Shown piece after piece: positions 28,053 to 36,512 of a DNA stretch of 64,000 bases. Where the stretch lies: contig CAWHDT010000005.1 of assembly GCA_963828195.1 (NCBI GenBank), positions 480,001 to 544,000 on the forward strand, given 5' to 3'. The first letter of the stretch is position 1; each line of letters opens with the position of its first letter. The position numbers were made by a program, and so were the translations under genes. The DNA is from Candidatus Bathyarchaeota archaeon. Its GTDB lineage: Archaea > Thermoproteota > Bathyarchaeia > Bathyarchaeales > Bathycorpusculaceae. Below the pieces are notes generated by a model that saw only the letters and a list, made by a program, of their open reading frames with translations, ran no database searches and was not told the DNA's origin.

Positions 28053-29825
28053 TTGAGCGACGAAGTCAAATGTTCAAAACCACAGTGCGACAAGTTCACA
28101 GCCATTAACGAGTTAGCGCGCCGAAGAGGATTTTTCTGGCCGTCCTTTGAGATTTACGGTGGCAGCGGCGGCTTTGTAACTTATGGTCCCCTTGGGGCAA
28201 GGTTGAAGCAGAATATTGAGGCTAAGCTCCGCGAGCTTTTTGTTAAGAAAATCGGGATTTACGAGATGGAGTCATCGGTGATTGCGCCCGGCAAAGTTTT
28301 TGAGGCGTCGGGGCATGTGGATCATTTCAAGGAGCCGATGGTGGAGTGCCAAAACTGCCATACCCGTTTTCGGGCTGACCATTTGCTTGAGGAAAAAGGC
28401 ATCACTTCGGCGCAGGCGGAAAAGATGGATTTAGCTGAAATTAATCAGGAGATGGAACGCCACGAGGTTGTTTGTCCGGACTGCAAGGGCAAATTCGGGG
28501 AACCCCAGCGTTACTTGACCATGTTCCAAACCACCATTGGCCCGTACTCGGGCGCGGTCGGCTACGGGAGACCTGAGGCTGCACAGAACATTTTCGTTGA
28601 GTTCAACCGCCTCTACACCGTTGCGCGGGAGAAGCTTCCCTTCGGAGCCATCCAGATTGGGCACGCTTTGCGCAACGAGATTTCGCCGAGGCAAGGCTTG
28701 ATTCGGCTGAGGGAGTTCACGATTTCCGATTTAGAGTTTTTCTTTGATCCTGAAGAGCCCTGCTGCCATTTGCTGGGCGAGGTTGAAAATGAGGTTTTGC
28801 CCATTCTGCTTGGGGAAACAAGGCTCAAGGAAAGTGAGGAAACAGCAGATTTCACGGTTCGGGAAGCGCTTGACCAAAAAATAATCCGCTCGGAGTGGCA
28901 GGCGTTTTTCATGGCTATGGCGAAGAAGCTTCTGGTTGACTTGGGGGTTCCAGCGGAGAAACAGCGGTTTATAGAGAAACTCGCTTGGGAAAAAGCGCAT
29001 TACTCCAGCCAAAGCTTCGACCAAGAAGTACTTGTTGACCGCTGGGGCTGGGTAGAAGTCTCGGGGCACGCGTACCGTACAGATTACGATTTAACTTGCC
29101 ACATGAAGGCAAGCGGCGTGGACATGACGGTTTACAAGGAATACGCCAATCCAGTCGAAAAAGAGGAGCCCACGGTTAAGCCCCTTATGGCTAAGTTGGG
29201 TCCAGTTTACAAGAAAGAAGCTGAGAAAGTGGCGGCGCTGCTGGCTAAAATCCCCGCGCAGGAAGTTGCCGACGCCATGCAAAAACAGGGTTTCTTTATG
29301 GTGGAAAACTATAAAGTAACACCTGACCAACTGGACATCAGCAAGCAAAAAACGACTGTTCGAGGCACCCGCTTTGTTCCGCATGTTGTGGAGCCAAGTT
29401 TCGGCTCAGACCGCCTCTTTTACGTTGCATTGGAATACGCTTACGGCATCAAAGACGACCGCGTGGTCATGAGTTTTCCAAGAAGCATCGCGCCGATCCA
29501 AGTTGGCATTTACCCTTTAATGGGCAAAGACGGCTTAGACACCAAAGCAGCACAGGTGCAGAAGATGCTGGCGAACGAGGGTTTCATGGTTGAACTGGAC
29601 GAAGCAGGCTCCATTGGACGCCGCTACGCGAGGGCTGACGAGGCAGGCGTGCAGTTAGGGGTAACTATAGATTACGACACGTTAAAAGACGGCACAGTAA
29701 CCATACGAGACCGCGATAGCTGGCGGCAGGTGCGAACCCAAGTCAAAGCGCTCCCGGAACTTTTACGCAGTTACTTCCAAGGAAAAATAAACTTCGGGGA
29801 TTTAGGTGCACTAGTGGAGAACTAA
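28053..29825 (+). CDS. glyS: Glycine--tRNA ligase (archaeal/eukaryotic type)
   Basis: RRGF..SFEIYGG, RPEAAQ, RNEISPRQGLIRLREF, VVEPSFG.DR and SIGRRYARADE motifs. Confidence 0.97.
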   Translation: MSDEVKCSKPQCDKFTAINELARRRGFFWPSFEIYGGSGGFVTYGPLGARLKQNIEAKLRELFVKKIGIYEMESSVIAPGKVFEASGHVDHFKEPMVECQNCHTRFRADHLLEEKGITSAQAEKMDLAEINQEMERHEVVCPDCKGKFGEPQRYLTMFQTTIGPYSGAVGYGRPEAAQNIFVEFNRLYTVAREKLPFGAIQIGHALRNEISPRQGLIRLREFTISDLEFFFDPEEPCCHLLGEVENEVLPILLGETRLKESEETADFTVREALDQKIIRSEWQAFFMAMAKKLLVDLGVPAEKQRFIEKLAWEKAHYSSQSFDQEVLVDRWGWVEVSGHAYRTDYDLTCHMKASGVDMTVYKEYANPVEKEEPTVKPLMAKLGPVYKKEAEKVAALLAKIPAQEVADAMQKQGFFMVENYKVTPDQLDISKQKTTVRGTRFVPHVVEPSFGSDRLFYVALEYAYGIKDDRVVMSFPRSIAPIQVGIYPLMGKDGLDTKAAQVQKMLANEGFMVELDEAGSIGRRYARADEAGVQLGVTIDYDTLKDGTVTIRDRDSWRQVRTQVKALPELLRSYFQGKINFGDLGALVEN

Positions 29826-29895
29826 GCAGCTAACTTTTTTAATGAACGCTCAAATAATAACATAAGAAATTATCGATATTTAAGGCGGGGAACAA

Positions 29896-30555
29896 GTGGT
29901 ACTTCCATCAGAAACAGAAGAGCGTGTGAAGCGCAGAGCTCTCAACGCTTGCCAAGATAACTTACGTAAGGTTGTTGATGTGTCAAGAAAAATTCCTCAG
30001 GTGGCGGAGTGTTTTGCAAGCGGCGACAAAGAAGGCGTGAGGAAACTCTTCAGCGAAATCAGGATGGGCGAAGAAGAAGTTATTAAGGCTAGGCGCATGG
30101 TTTCGCAGGAGCTGGCGGAGATAGGCGCCATTTTGATTGCCCGCGAAGACTTCTTGAGATTTACGAATTTGTCAAGTGAAATAGCCGACTTCTCCGAGGG
30201 CATAGCGTATTACCTCGTTGAGATAATGGAGCACAACTGGACTATTTCGCCAGACGTCAAAAAAGACCTGCTTAAGCTGTCCTTAGCCGTCTTGGACACG
30301 GTGCTTAAGCTTCGGGAAACAATGATGGTGCTAAACTACGGGTCACTGAAAACCTTGGAGAGGGCCAAAGACGTGGAAATCGCCGAGCGCATAGTTGACG
30401 AACAATACCGAGCATTAACCATCAAAGTACTCAGCGGCAAACTCGAAGTTCCAGTGATGCTGCTTCTAAGAGATGTTCTGCAACTACTGGAAAACAGCGC
30501 TGACAAAGCCGAAGACGCCGCGGACGCCGCACGAATGCTATCCTTCATCATGTAA
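29896..30555 (+). CDS. DUF47/PhoU-like phosphate transport regulator
   Basis: Helical repeat with REDF..IAD and ENSADKAEDAAD. Confidence 0.8.
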   Translation: MVLPSETEERVKRRALNACQDNLRKVVDVSRKIPQVAECFASGDKEGVRKLFSEIRMGEEEVIKARRMVSQELAEIGAILIAREDFLRFTNLSSEIADFSEGIAYYLVEIMEHNWTISPDVKKDLLKLSLAVLDTVLKLRETMMVLNYGSLKTLERAKDVEIAERIVDEQYRALTIKVLSGKLEVPVMLLLRDVLQLLENSADKAEDAADAARMLSFIM

Positions 30556-30570
30556 AAGAGCCGAACTGCA

Positions 30571-31125
30571 ATGCCGAAAACAAAAGTTGAACTCATCGAT
30601 AACTTTTTAGTTGTTTGGGATTCTGCGGAAGGCTCACAGCTGTACAAAGCAGGGTACTATGGGAAACCCGTTGGGATCCCTAAACCCAAAATTCCCGAGT
30701 TTGATGCGCCCCTTATTTTGGATTTAATGGAAGGCTTGTACCTTTTTGAGAACAAGAAAATAGAGATTTACGAGGATCCCGACGAGGCCAAGGTTAGCCT
30801 AAAAAAGCTCAGGCAAAAAGCTAAGCAGTTGTACGATGAATTTGAAGAAAAATACGCTGTTTACCGCGACCTGCGAGAAAGCGGGTTAATTGTTACGCCA
30901 GGCATAAAGTTCGGCTGCGACTTCGCCGTCTACAAGTACGGTCCAGGCGTTGAACACGCACCCTACATGGTCTCGGTGAAGAAATCGGGCTCAGACATTT
31001 CCGCCACAGAAATCGTCAAGGCAGGACGCTTAGCCACGACTGTTAGGAAACGGTTTATTATTGCGGTTCCCGATTTGGCCGCGGAGAAAGTGAAGTACGT
31101 GATTTTCAAATGGTTTAAGGCTTGA
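30571..31125 (+). CDS. endA: tRNA-intron endonuclease, catalytic subunit
   Basis: VYRDLRESG..GIKFGCDFAVY..GP..HA..GRLATTVRK retains the Tyr/His/Lys triad. Confidence 0.95.
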   Translation: MPKTKVELIDNFLVVWDSAEGSQLYKAGYYGKPVGIPKPKIPEFDAPLILDLMEGLYLFENKKIEIYEDPDEAKVSLKKLRQKAKQLYDEFEEKYAVYRDLRESGLIVTPGIKFGCDFAVYKYGPGVEHAPYMVSVKKSGSDISATEIVKAGRLATTVRKRFIIAVPDLAAEKVKYVIFKWFKA

Positions 31126-31131
31126 ATTTAA

Positions 31132-31530
31132 TTATTCCCAAATTCGCCTAACCCAATCTACTCGTTCAAAGTCTTTATCGTGCGAATATATTTCGCTTAT
31201 GTTAGCTTCGTTCATTACTTGTAATGTTAATGAATCGACAAAATCAATCTGTTTTTCATACATTTCTGGAATTGAAGGAAGAAAATTTTCCCATATTGCG
31301 CTAATTTTTTCAAGTGAGGCATACGAGTTTACTGCCATCAGAAATCCCCCTATTTCTTTTCTCCGATTATTGTATTCTAACCAGTCAACAACTTCCTGAA
31401 TAACAGCTGAACTCGTTGCGGTCGCTTCACCATTTTCAATTCGTTTGAGAATTTTTTTTGAAATTTCATAATCCTCTTTAGGAGATTGCCTGATGGCATA
31501 TATGAAAACGTTTGCATCAACGAACCTCAT
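31132..31530 (-). CDS. vapC: PIN-domain VapC toxin
   Basis: FVDANVF..QEV..DFVD..YSHDKDF motifs. Confidence 0.9.
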   Translation of the reverse strand: MRFVDANVFIYAIRQSPKEDYEISKKILKRIENGEATATSSAVIQEVVDWLEYNNRRKEIGGFLMAVNSYASLEKISAIWENFLPSIPEMYEKQIDFVDSLTLQVMNEANISEIYSHDKDFERVDWVRRIWE

Positions 31531-31797
31531 CTATTTTGCCCTCGATAGCTTCTTTTCTATTCTTGCCGCGGACGCTTTTATTAGCTCTTGTTTTACTGTT
31601 CCCCTAATTTTCACTCCTTTGGCTAAACCGTCAAGCAGTTCTGTCGGGTTTGGAACGGTATTGGGAGGCAAAATAACTAGCCTATTATTCATTATTTCAA
31701 ATGTTACGCAATCCCCTTCATTAATCCCCAGTTTTTTTCTGAAGCTTGCCGGGATTGTAACTTTACCTTTTTGGAGCACCTTAGCTTGTTCACCCAT
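31531..31797 (-). CDS. vapB: AbrB/MazE-fold antitoxin
   Basis: KGKVTIPASFRKKLGINEGD signature. Confidence 0.9.
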   Translation of the reverse strand: MGEQAKVLQKGKVTIPASFRKKLGINEGDCVTFEIMNNRLVILPPNTVPNPTELLDGLAKGVKIRGTVKQELIKASAARIEKKLSRAK

Positions 31798-31886
31798 AAT
31801 GGTTACCCATATTAAGGTATGTTTAGATTACCTAATAAGATTACCTTATTTTTCAATCAAAACAAAAAGAAAAAAGCGCCAAGTTG

Positions 31887-33182
31887 TTAGTTCGCGATTA
31901 TTGTTTGGTTTTGGAATTCTCCTCGGATGGTCTGATGGGGATAAATTTTTGATGTTGCAAGGGAGCAGCCTTCGTCTAGTTTTACGTCGTCTGCTATGAC
32001 TGAGACAGCGCTTATTTTGGTCGGTTTCGCCTGGCTTGAGTTTACAACGACGTGTCTGCCGATTATGCTGTCGTACACTTCAGCGTTTTCCCCAATTATC
32101 ACTCGGTCCATTACCGCTGAGTTGGTTACAATGGCGTTTTTGCCGATTCGGGTGAAGTTGTCGATGCATGAATCCACGATTCTTGCGCCATCGTCAATTT
32201 GGCAGTGGCGTCCAATCAAAACGGCGCCTTCAATGGTGATTTTCTTCTGTTTTATTTTATGGATTATTTCTTGGCGGCGTTTTTGTGAATCGCTGCTTTC
32301 GCCCTGCACCCAAATCGGGTTCTCTTCATTTAATCTTCCGCCGAAGTCATGGAGGGTTGAAAAGCCCCCGTGAAGAAGGTTCTTCATGGCTTCAAGGTAG
32401 CTCTTAGGTGTGCCCACGTCAAACCAGTTGCCTTTCAAAGTGTAACCGTACACTGGACGCCCGCTTTGGATTACGTATGGGATAAAGTCGTAGCCGAAAT
32501 CTAACCTGTTTTTTTCTTTGACGATTTGCTGTACGCCTTTTTCCCTGAAAATTTTCTTCACTTCAGGCGATAAAACGTAAAGACCGGTGTTGGCAAGGTT
32601 GCTGGGGGCATCCTTCGGCAGCGGCTTTTCAACAAATTTTTGTATTCGCCCATTCTTGTCGATGTCGGCTATTCCTAGGCCTTCCACGTTGTTGACTTCA
32701 CGCAGCACAATGGTTAACGCAGCGCATTTTTCCTTGTGAAAATCAATTAAGCTCTTAACTTTTATGTCAAAAATGTTGTCGCCTTGCACAGCGAAAACCG
32801 GGTTGTTAAGTTCATAGTACTCCATGTTTATTCTTGCTGAATCAGCGCTTCCTAAATCGTCAACGTTTGGCTGATATTTTATGTGGATGCGCGGCTTTAT
32901 GTTATAACGGGCCGAGAAACCGTAGCCTGACTCAAAGTAGTCATAGAGGTCTCTATAGTTGGTGTAGCCTTTAACGCCGAATATGAAGTTGCGCAGGCCC
33001 TGGCTTGCCAGCGACAAAAGAGAAAACTCCACAAGCGGCCTATTCAAAAAGCGAAGGCAGGCTTTGCTTGTTTCAGCCGTCAACGGCAAAAGCCGCGTTG
33101 CTTTTCCGCCTACTGGAATAATTACCCTAATCTTTTCGGGCGCATAGGTATCTCCAACTAGAGGTGCATAATTGTTACTCAA
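31887..33182 (-). CDS. NDP-sugar pyrophosphorylase (mannose-1-P guanylyltransferase-like) with LbH domain
   Basis: GGKATRLLPLT, QGDN, FVEKP and WFDVGT motifs plus hexapeptide repeats. Confidence 0.9.
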   Translation of the reverse strand: MSNNYAPLVGDTYAPEKIRVIIPVGGKATRLLPLTAETSKACLRFLNRPLVEFSLLSLASQGLRNFIFGVKGYTNYRDLYDYFESGYGFSARYNIKPRIHIKYQPNVDDLGSADSARINMEYYELNNPVFAVQGDNIFDIKVKSLIDFHKEKCAALTIVLREVNNVEGLGIADIDKNGRIQKFVEKPLPKDAPSNLANTGLYVLSPEVKKIFREKGVQQIVKEKNRLDFGYDFIPYVIQSGRPVYGYTLKGNWFDVGTPKSYLEAMKNLLHGGFSTLHDFGGRLNEENPIWVQGESSDSQKRRQEIIHKIKQKKITIEGAVLIGRHCQIDDGARIVDSCIDNFTRIGKNAIVTNSAVMDRVIIGENAEVYDSIIGRHVVVNSSQAKPTKISAVSVIADDVKLDEGCSLATSKIYPHQTIRGEFQNQTIIAN

Positions 33183-33396
33183 GGCTTCACAACCACTTAC
33201 TGCAATAAAGATAGGTTGTACGCTAATCCTTTTATTGTTTCTTATAAGGAAGAAAGGCGGAATAAACAGCTTAAATTATCTGGGGTTACAACAAGGGATT
33301 TACCCAGTAAAATGTAGATTCAATGTAAAAAGTAAAAGGAACCCATCCGTAGGGTCTATTTTTAGAAACAAAAAGGTCATTGGAAAAGAGGAGATT

Positions 33397-34263
33397 TTAG
33401 GCTGCTTTAGGTTTAGCTTTCTCGACCGCACCGCTTAAGCTTGACATTTCCGCGTTTGCTTTTCTTATCAGGTCGCCAATTGTTTCTTTGGTAGGTATGG
33501 CGGCGCCGACAGCTAATGCAACGGCTTTTTGATGTGCCATCTGCAATAAGGGTTTAATTGTGTCTTTCGATGGATAAGATATGCCTAGTGCTAACGCAAA
33601 GGCTTCTTGGTTGCTTTGCTCGACGCTTCGTCTTGTTGCATCAACATCAACCCTCAGCTGGTCACCGGTAATCATTAAGCCATCATCAAAAACTGCGCGC
33701 ATCGAAATGCCGAGTTCAACAGCTTTGATGCCTAGTTTTGATAGGACCCCAGCGAGGCGCTCGTTGATTTCTTCGCCCCTGCGAACAACCAAAGTGTCTT
33801 TGCTGACCCAGACGCTTCCAGACTCGATTCGTGTAGGCAAACCAACAGCGTTTAATTGGCTGATGAATGGGCCTGGAGGTTGACCCGTGTTGCCAGATGG
33901 AACAACCACGTCGTTAGCGGCGATGTCGCCTGACTTGGCGGTTGTTCTTACTTTGCCCCTTTCCAGCAGCAAAGCCAGTTTGAACGGGTTTAAGTCTGTG
34001 AACAGGTAAACGTTTGAGCCGTCCAAGTATTCCTCAAGTTTCTTTAAATCTTCTTGATTCATCTCTTCAATAGCGAGCTTCATCAAAGTATTCTTTAAAA
34101 CGCGGAGGTACACTTTGCCAGCCATACTTTTCTTGATTTCTTGAAGTTGAGAAGCACGGACCTTCTGCAGGCTAGCGATGCCAATGGATTTGTACTCTTT
34201 CATTATGCTTTTTATCGAATCTACTTGGCTTGATTTTTCGTCTAATACTTGTTGGGACGGCAT
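33397..34263 (-). CDS. rpl10: 50S ribosomal protein L10/P0
   Basis: KNTL, FTDLNPFKL, AKSGDIA..V..GNTG.PPGP motifs. Confidence 0.96.
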   Translation of the reverse strand: MPSQQVLDEKSSQVDSIKSIMKEYKSIGIASLQKVRASQLQEIKKSMAGKVYLRVLKNTLMKLAIEEMNQEDLKKLEEYLDGSNVYLFTDLNPFKLALLLERGKVRTTAKSGDIAANDVVVPSGNTGQPPGPFISQLNAVGLPTRIESGSVWVSKDTLVVRRGEEINERLAGVLSKLGIKAVELGISMRAVFDDGLMITGDQLRVDVDATRRSVEQSNQEAFALALGISYPSKDTIKPLLQMAHQKAVALAVGAAIPTKETIGDLIRKANAEMSSLSGAVEKAKPKAA

Positions 34264-34278
34264 GATTTTTCTTCTCTG

Positions 34279-34929
34279 TCACGGTTTAATTTTTACTGGC
34301 TCACCCATAGATGTTTTGATAAAAGCGTACTTTACGTTTTTCAAGCCACGCTTAAGTTTTCCATCTAAAACACGAAGAACCGTCATGATGTTATCGACAA
34401 GTTCTTCATCCTTCATCTGTTGAGTGCCAACTGAAACTTGAATGATCGGTTGATTGCGCATTCTCACAACCACGGTTTTGCGGTGCTTACTTATTATAGC
34501 TGCAATGTCAGCGTTCGGCGGAACAGGAATAGGCATTTTTCCTCTAGGTCCCAAAACTGGACCAAGAATTCTGCCTACCAGCGGCATCAAGGGTGCTTCG
34601 GAGATGAAAACGTCATATTCGGTGGCAAGCTTGCGAAGTTCCTTCTTTTTACCGTTCAACGTATCTAAGTCAGCGCGTTCTATAACGTGGTCAGCTTGTG
34701 CGTTTTTTGCTTTAAATGCAAATTCTCCAGAAGCAATGACACATATCTTGTTGGGCTTTCCAGTTGCGTGAGGAAGCTCGACGACTTCTTGGATTTTGCC
34801 TTCTGGCGCCTTCATATCGATCTCTACAATATCTAAGATCATATCTACGGTCTGGTTGAATTTTTTTTCGCCAGACTTCGCCTTTGCCTGTTTAACTGCT
34901 TCTGAAATTGTTTTGTTGTCTAGGGGCAT
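34279..34929 (-). CDS. rpl1: 50S ribosomal protein L1
   Basis: KFNQTVD, LGPRGKMP and KTSMG motifs. Confidence 0.97.
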   Translation of the reverse strand: MPLDNKTISEAVKQAKAKSGEKKFNQTVDMILDIVEIDMKAPEGKIQEVVELPHATGKPNKICVIASGEFAFKAKNAQADHVIERADLDTLNGKKKELRKLATEYDVFISEAPLMPLVGRILGPVLGPRGKMPIPVPPNADIAAIISKHRKTVVVRMRNQPIIQVSVGTQQMKDEELVDNIMTVLRVLDGKLKRGLKNVKYAFIKTSMGEPVKIKP

Positions 34930-34987
34930 TTTTAAGCCTCGTGCCAATGAGGGATTAGAAACCCATTATAAAAATATTCGCTTATCA

Positions 34988-35476
34988 TTATTCGGTACCA
35001 AATAGCTGTTCGTAGTTGCCAGCATCAATGTCTTTTTGCACTTCACGGGGGTCTTTGCCTTCAACAGTAACGCCTAAACTAACGCAGGTTCCAAGCATCT
35101 CTTTGGTTGCCTTCTTCAGTGTTGGCGATAAAAGCTCAGGACGCTTAATTTTTGCGATGCGAACCATCTGCTCCATAGACAAATCCCCTACTTTAACAGT
35201 GTTGGGTGTTCCTGAACCCTTCTCTATTTTCAGTTCAGCGACGATTAGGGCTGAAGCGGTTGGGGTGCCTATGTTTACGTCAAAGGTTTTGTCTTCAGTG
35301 TTAACGCTAATTTTTACTGGAACTTTCATTCCAGCATAGTCTTTGGTTAGCTCGTTAATTTTGTTGACGATAGCCATAATGTTGACGCCTAATGGGCCAA
35401 GAGCAGGACCTAACGGTGGACCTGCATTGGCTTGTCCGCCACTTACGAGCAACTCTACAACTTTTTTCTCGCTCAT
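34988..35476 (-). CDS. rpl11: 50S ribosomal protein L11
   Basis: GGQA.AGPPLGPALGPLG and GTCVSLG motifs. Confidence 0.97.
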   Translation of the reverse strand: MSEKKVVELLVSGGQANAGPPLGPALGPLGVNIMAIVNKINELTKDYAGMKVPVKISVNTEDKTFDVNIGTPTASALIVAELKIEKGSGTPNTVKVGDLSMEQMVRIAKIKRPELLSPTLKKATKEMLGTCVSLGVTVEGKDPREVQKDIDAGNYEQLFGTE

Positions 35477-35492
35477 TTTTTTCACCAGTTTA

Positions 35493-35963
35493 TTACTTTG
35501 CTTTTTCTACTAGTTTTACATAGTCTGAATGTACCGTGATTGGTAAGGTGAATGTTGCCTCAAGCAATTCAAGGGTTACTTCGCCTTTTGCCTTGTCTAA
35601 TCTTGTGATTTTGGCTCTCATGCCTTTGAAAGGTCCACCAGTTATTTCGACGACGTCATCTTCGTTGAGGTCTTCCATGACTGGTTTTCGGACGATGTAG
35701 CGTTCTATCTCGCTGAAGCTTACTAGCCCAGGGATTCTTGAGCGTACATGCCTCAACCCCGTGATGGCTTCTTCCACCAAATGTGGACCGTCCGCTTCCA
35801 CGAACACGTACCCTTTTAACGTGTCTGGCACAAGAAGAGCTTTTATTGGAATATGATTCATTTCAACTTTTGATGCAATCAATCGGGCAACATTTCGTTC
35901 TTGTCCAGTAGTGGTTTTTACAACGAAAATTTTTGCTTGCGATTGCTCTTCTTTCTTGTCCAT
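35493..35963 (-). CDS. spt5: Transcription elongation factor Spt5/NusG
   Basis: TTGQE..KGYVFVEA NGN domain and GPFKG KOW motif. Confidence 0.97.
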   Translation of the reverse strand: MDKKEEQSQAKIFVVKTTTGQERNVARLIASKVEMNHIPIKALLVPDTLKGYVFVEADGPHLVEEAITGLRHVRSRIPGLVSFSEIERYIVRKPVMEDLNEDDVVEITGGPFKGMRAKITRLDKAKGEVTLELLEATFTLPITVHSDYVKLVEKAK

Positions 35964-35979
35964 GAATTCAGGTTTCCTT

Positions 35980-36177
35980 TTAAGATGATGTTCCTGCTAC
36001 GCCTGCGCCGCCTATTGCGTATGCTAAGAGTTTAATTACGAAACCGATTAAACCAATTGCGCCGATGCCTAAGAGGCTGATTTTTATGGATAGCATGAGT
36101 TCTTCTCTTCCTGGTTTTACAGCTAACTTTAAGGTTCTTCCCGCTTGACTTAACCAAGATTTTATTCCCATATGCAT
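35980..36177 (-). CDS. secE: Protein translocase SecE/Sec61-gamma
   Basis: RTLKLAVKP.REE..IG.IGFVI. Conserved position before spt5. Confidence 0.93.
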   Translation of the reverse strand: MHMGIKSWLSQAGRTLKLAVKPGREELMLSIKISLLGIGAIGLIGFVIKLLAYAIGGAGVAGTSS

Positions 36178-36320
36178 CGCACACTCAAGATTTCATTTAT
36201 GAATAATAAACGTTGCTGTAACTTAGTTTAAAAAATGGATTATCAGCACCTTTAAAGCTTCTCTACAAGGCTAACTATTTTGTGGTTAAACTTTCTTGAA
36301 AGCTTTTTTTCCGGGTTTAG

Positions 36321-36497
36321 ATTTTTAAGTTGCGACTTTGCCGGGACGTAAGTTGCGACTTTCAGGCTGGGTTCTTTGCGTTTCGGGTTGCTTTTTTGGT
36401 TCAGGCTTAGGTTCTGGTTGCCCGTTGCGACTTTGGGATGGGCGGGTTGCGACCTTCCATGTTGGCTCCATGTTGAAGCTATTGTCGGTTTTGGGCG
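36321..36497. repeat. Dispersed element, copy 3
   Basis: Boxes at 36329, 36352, 36424 and 36446. The tail (atgttg.ctc.atgt..attgtcgg.t.tgggcg) is shared with copy 1. Confidence 0.9.
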
Positions 36498-36512
36498 CGG
36501 CGCCTAATGCGC

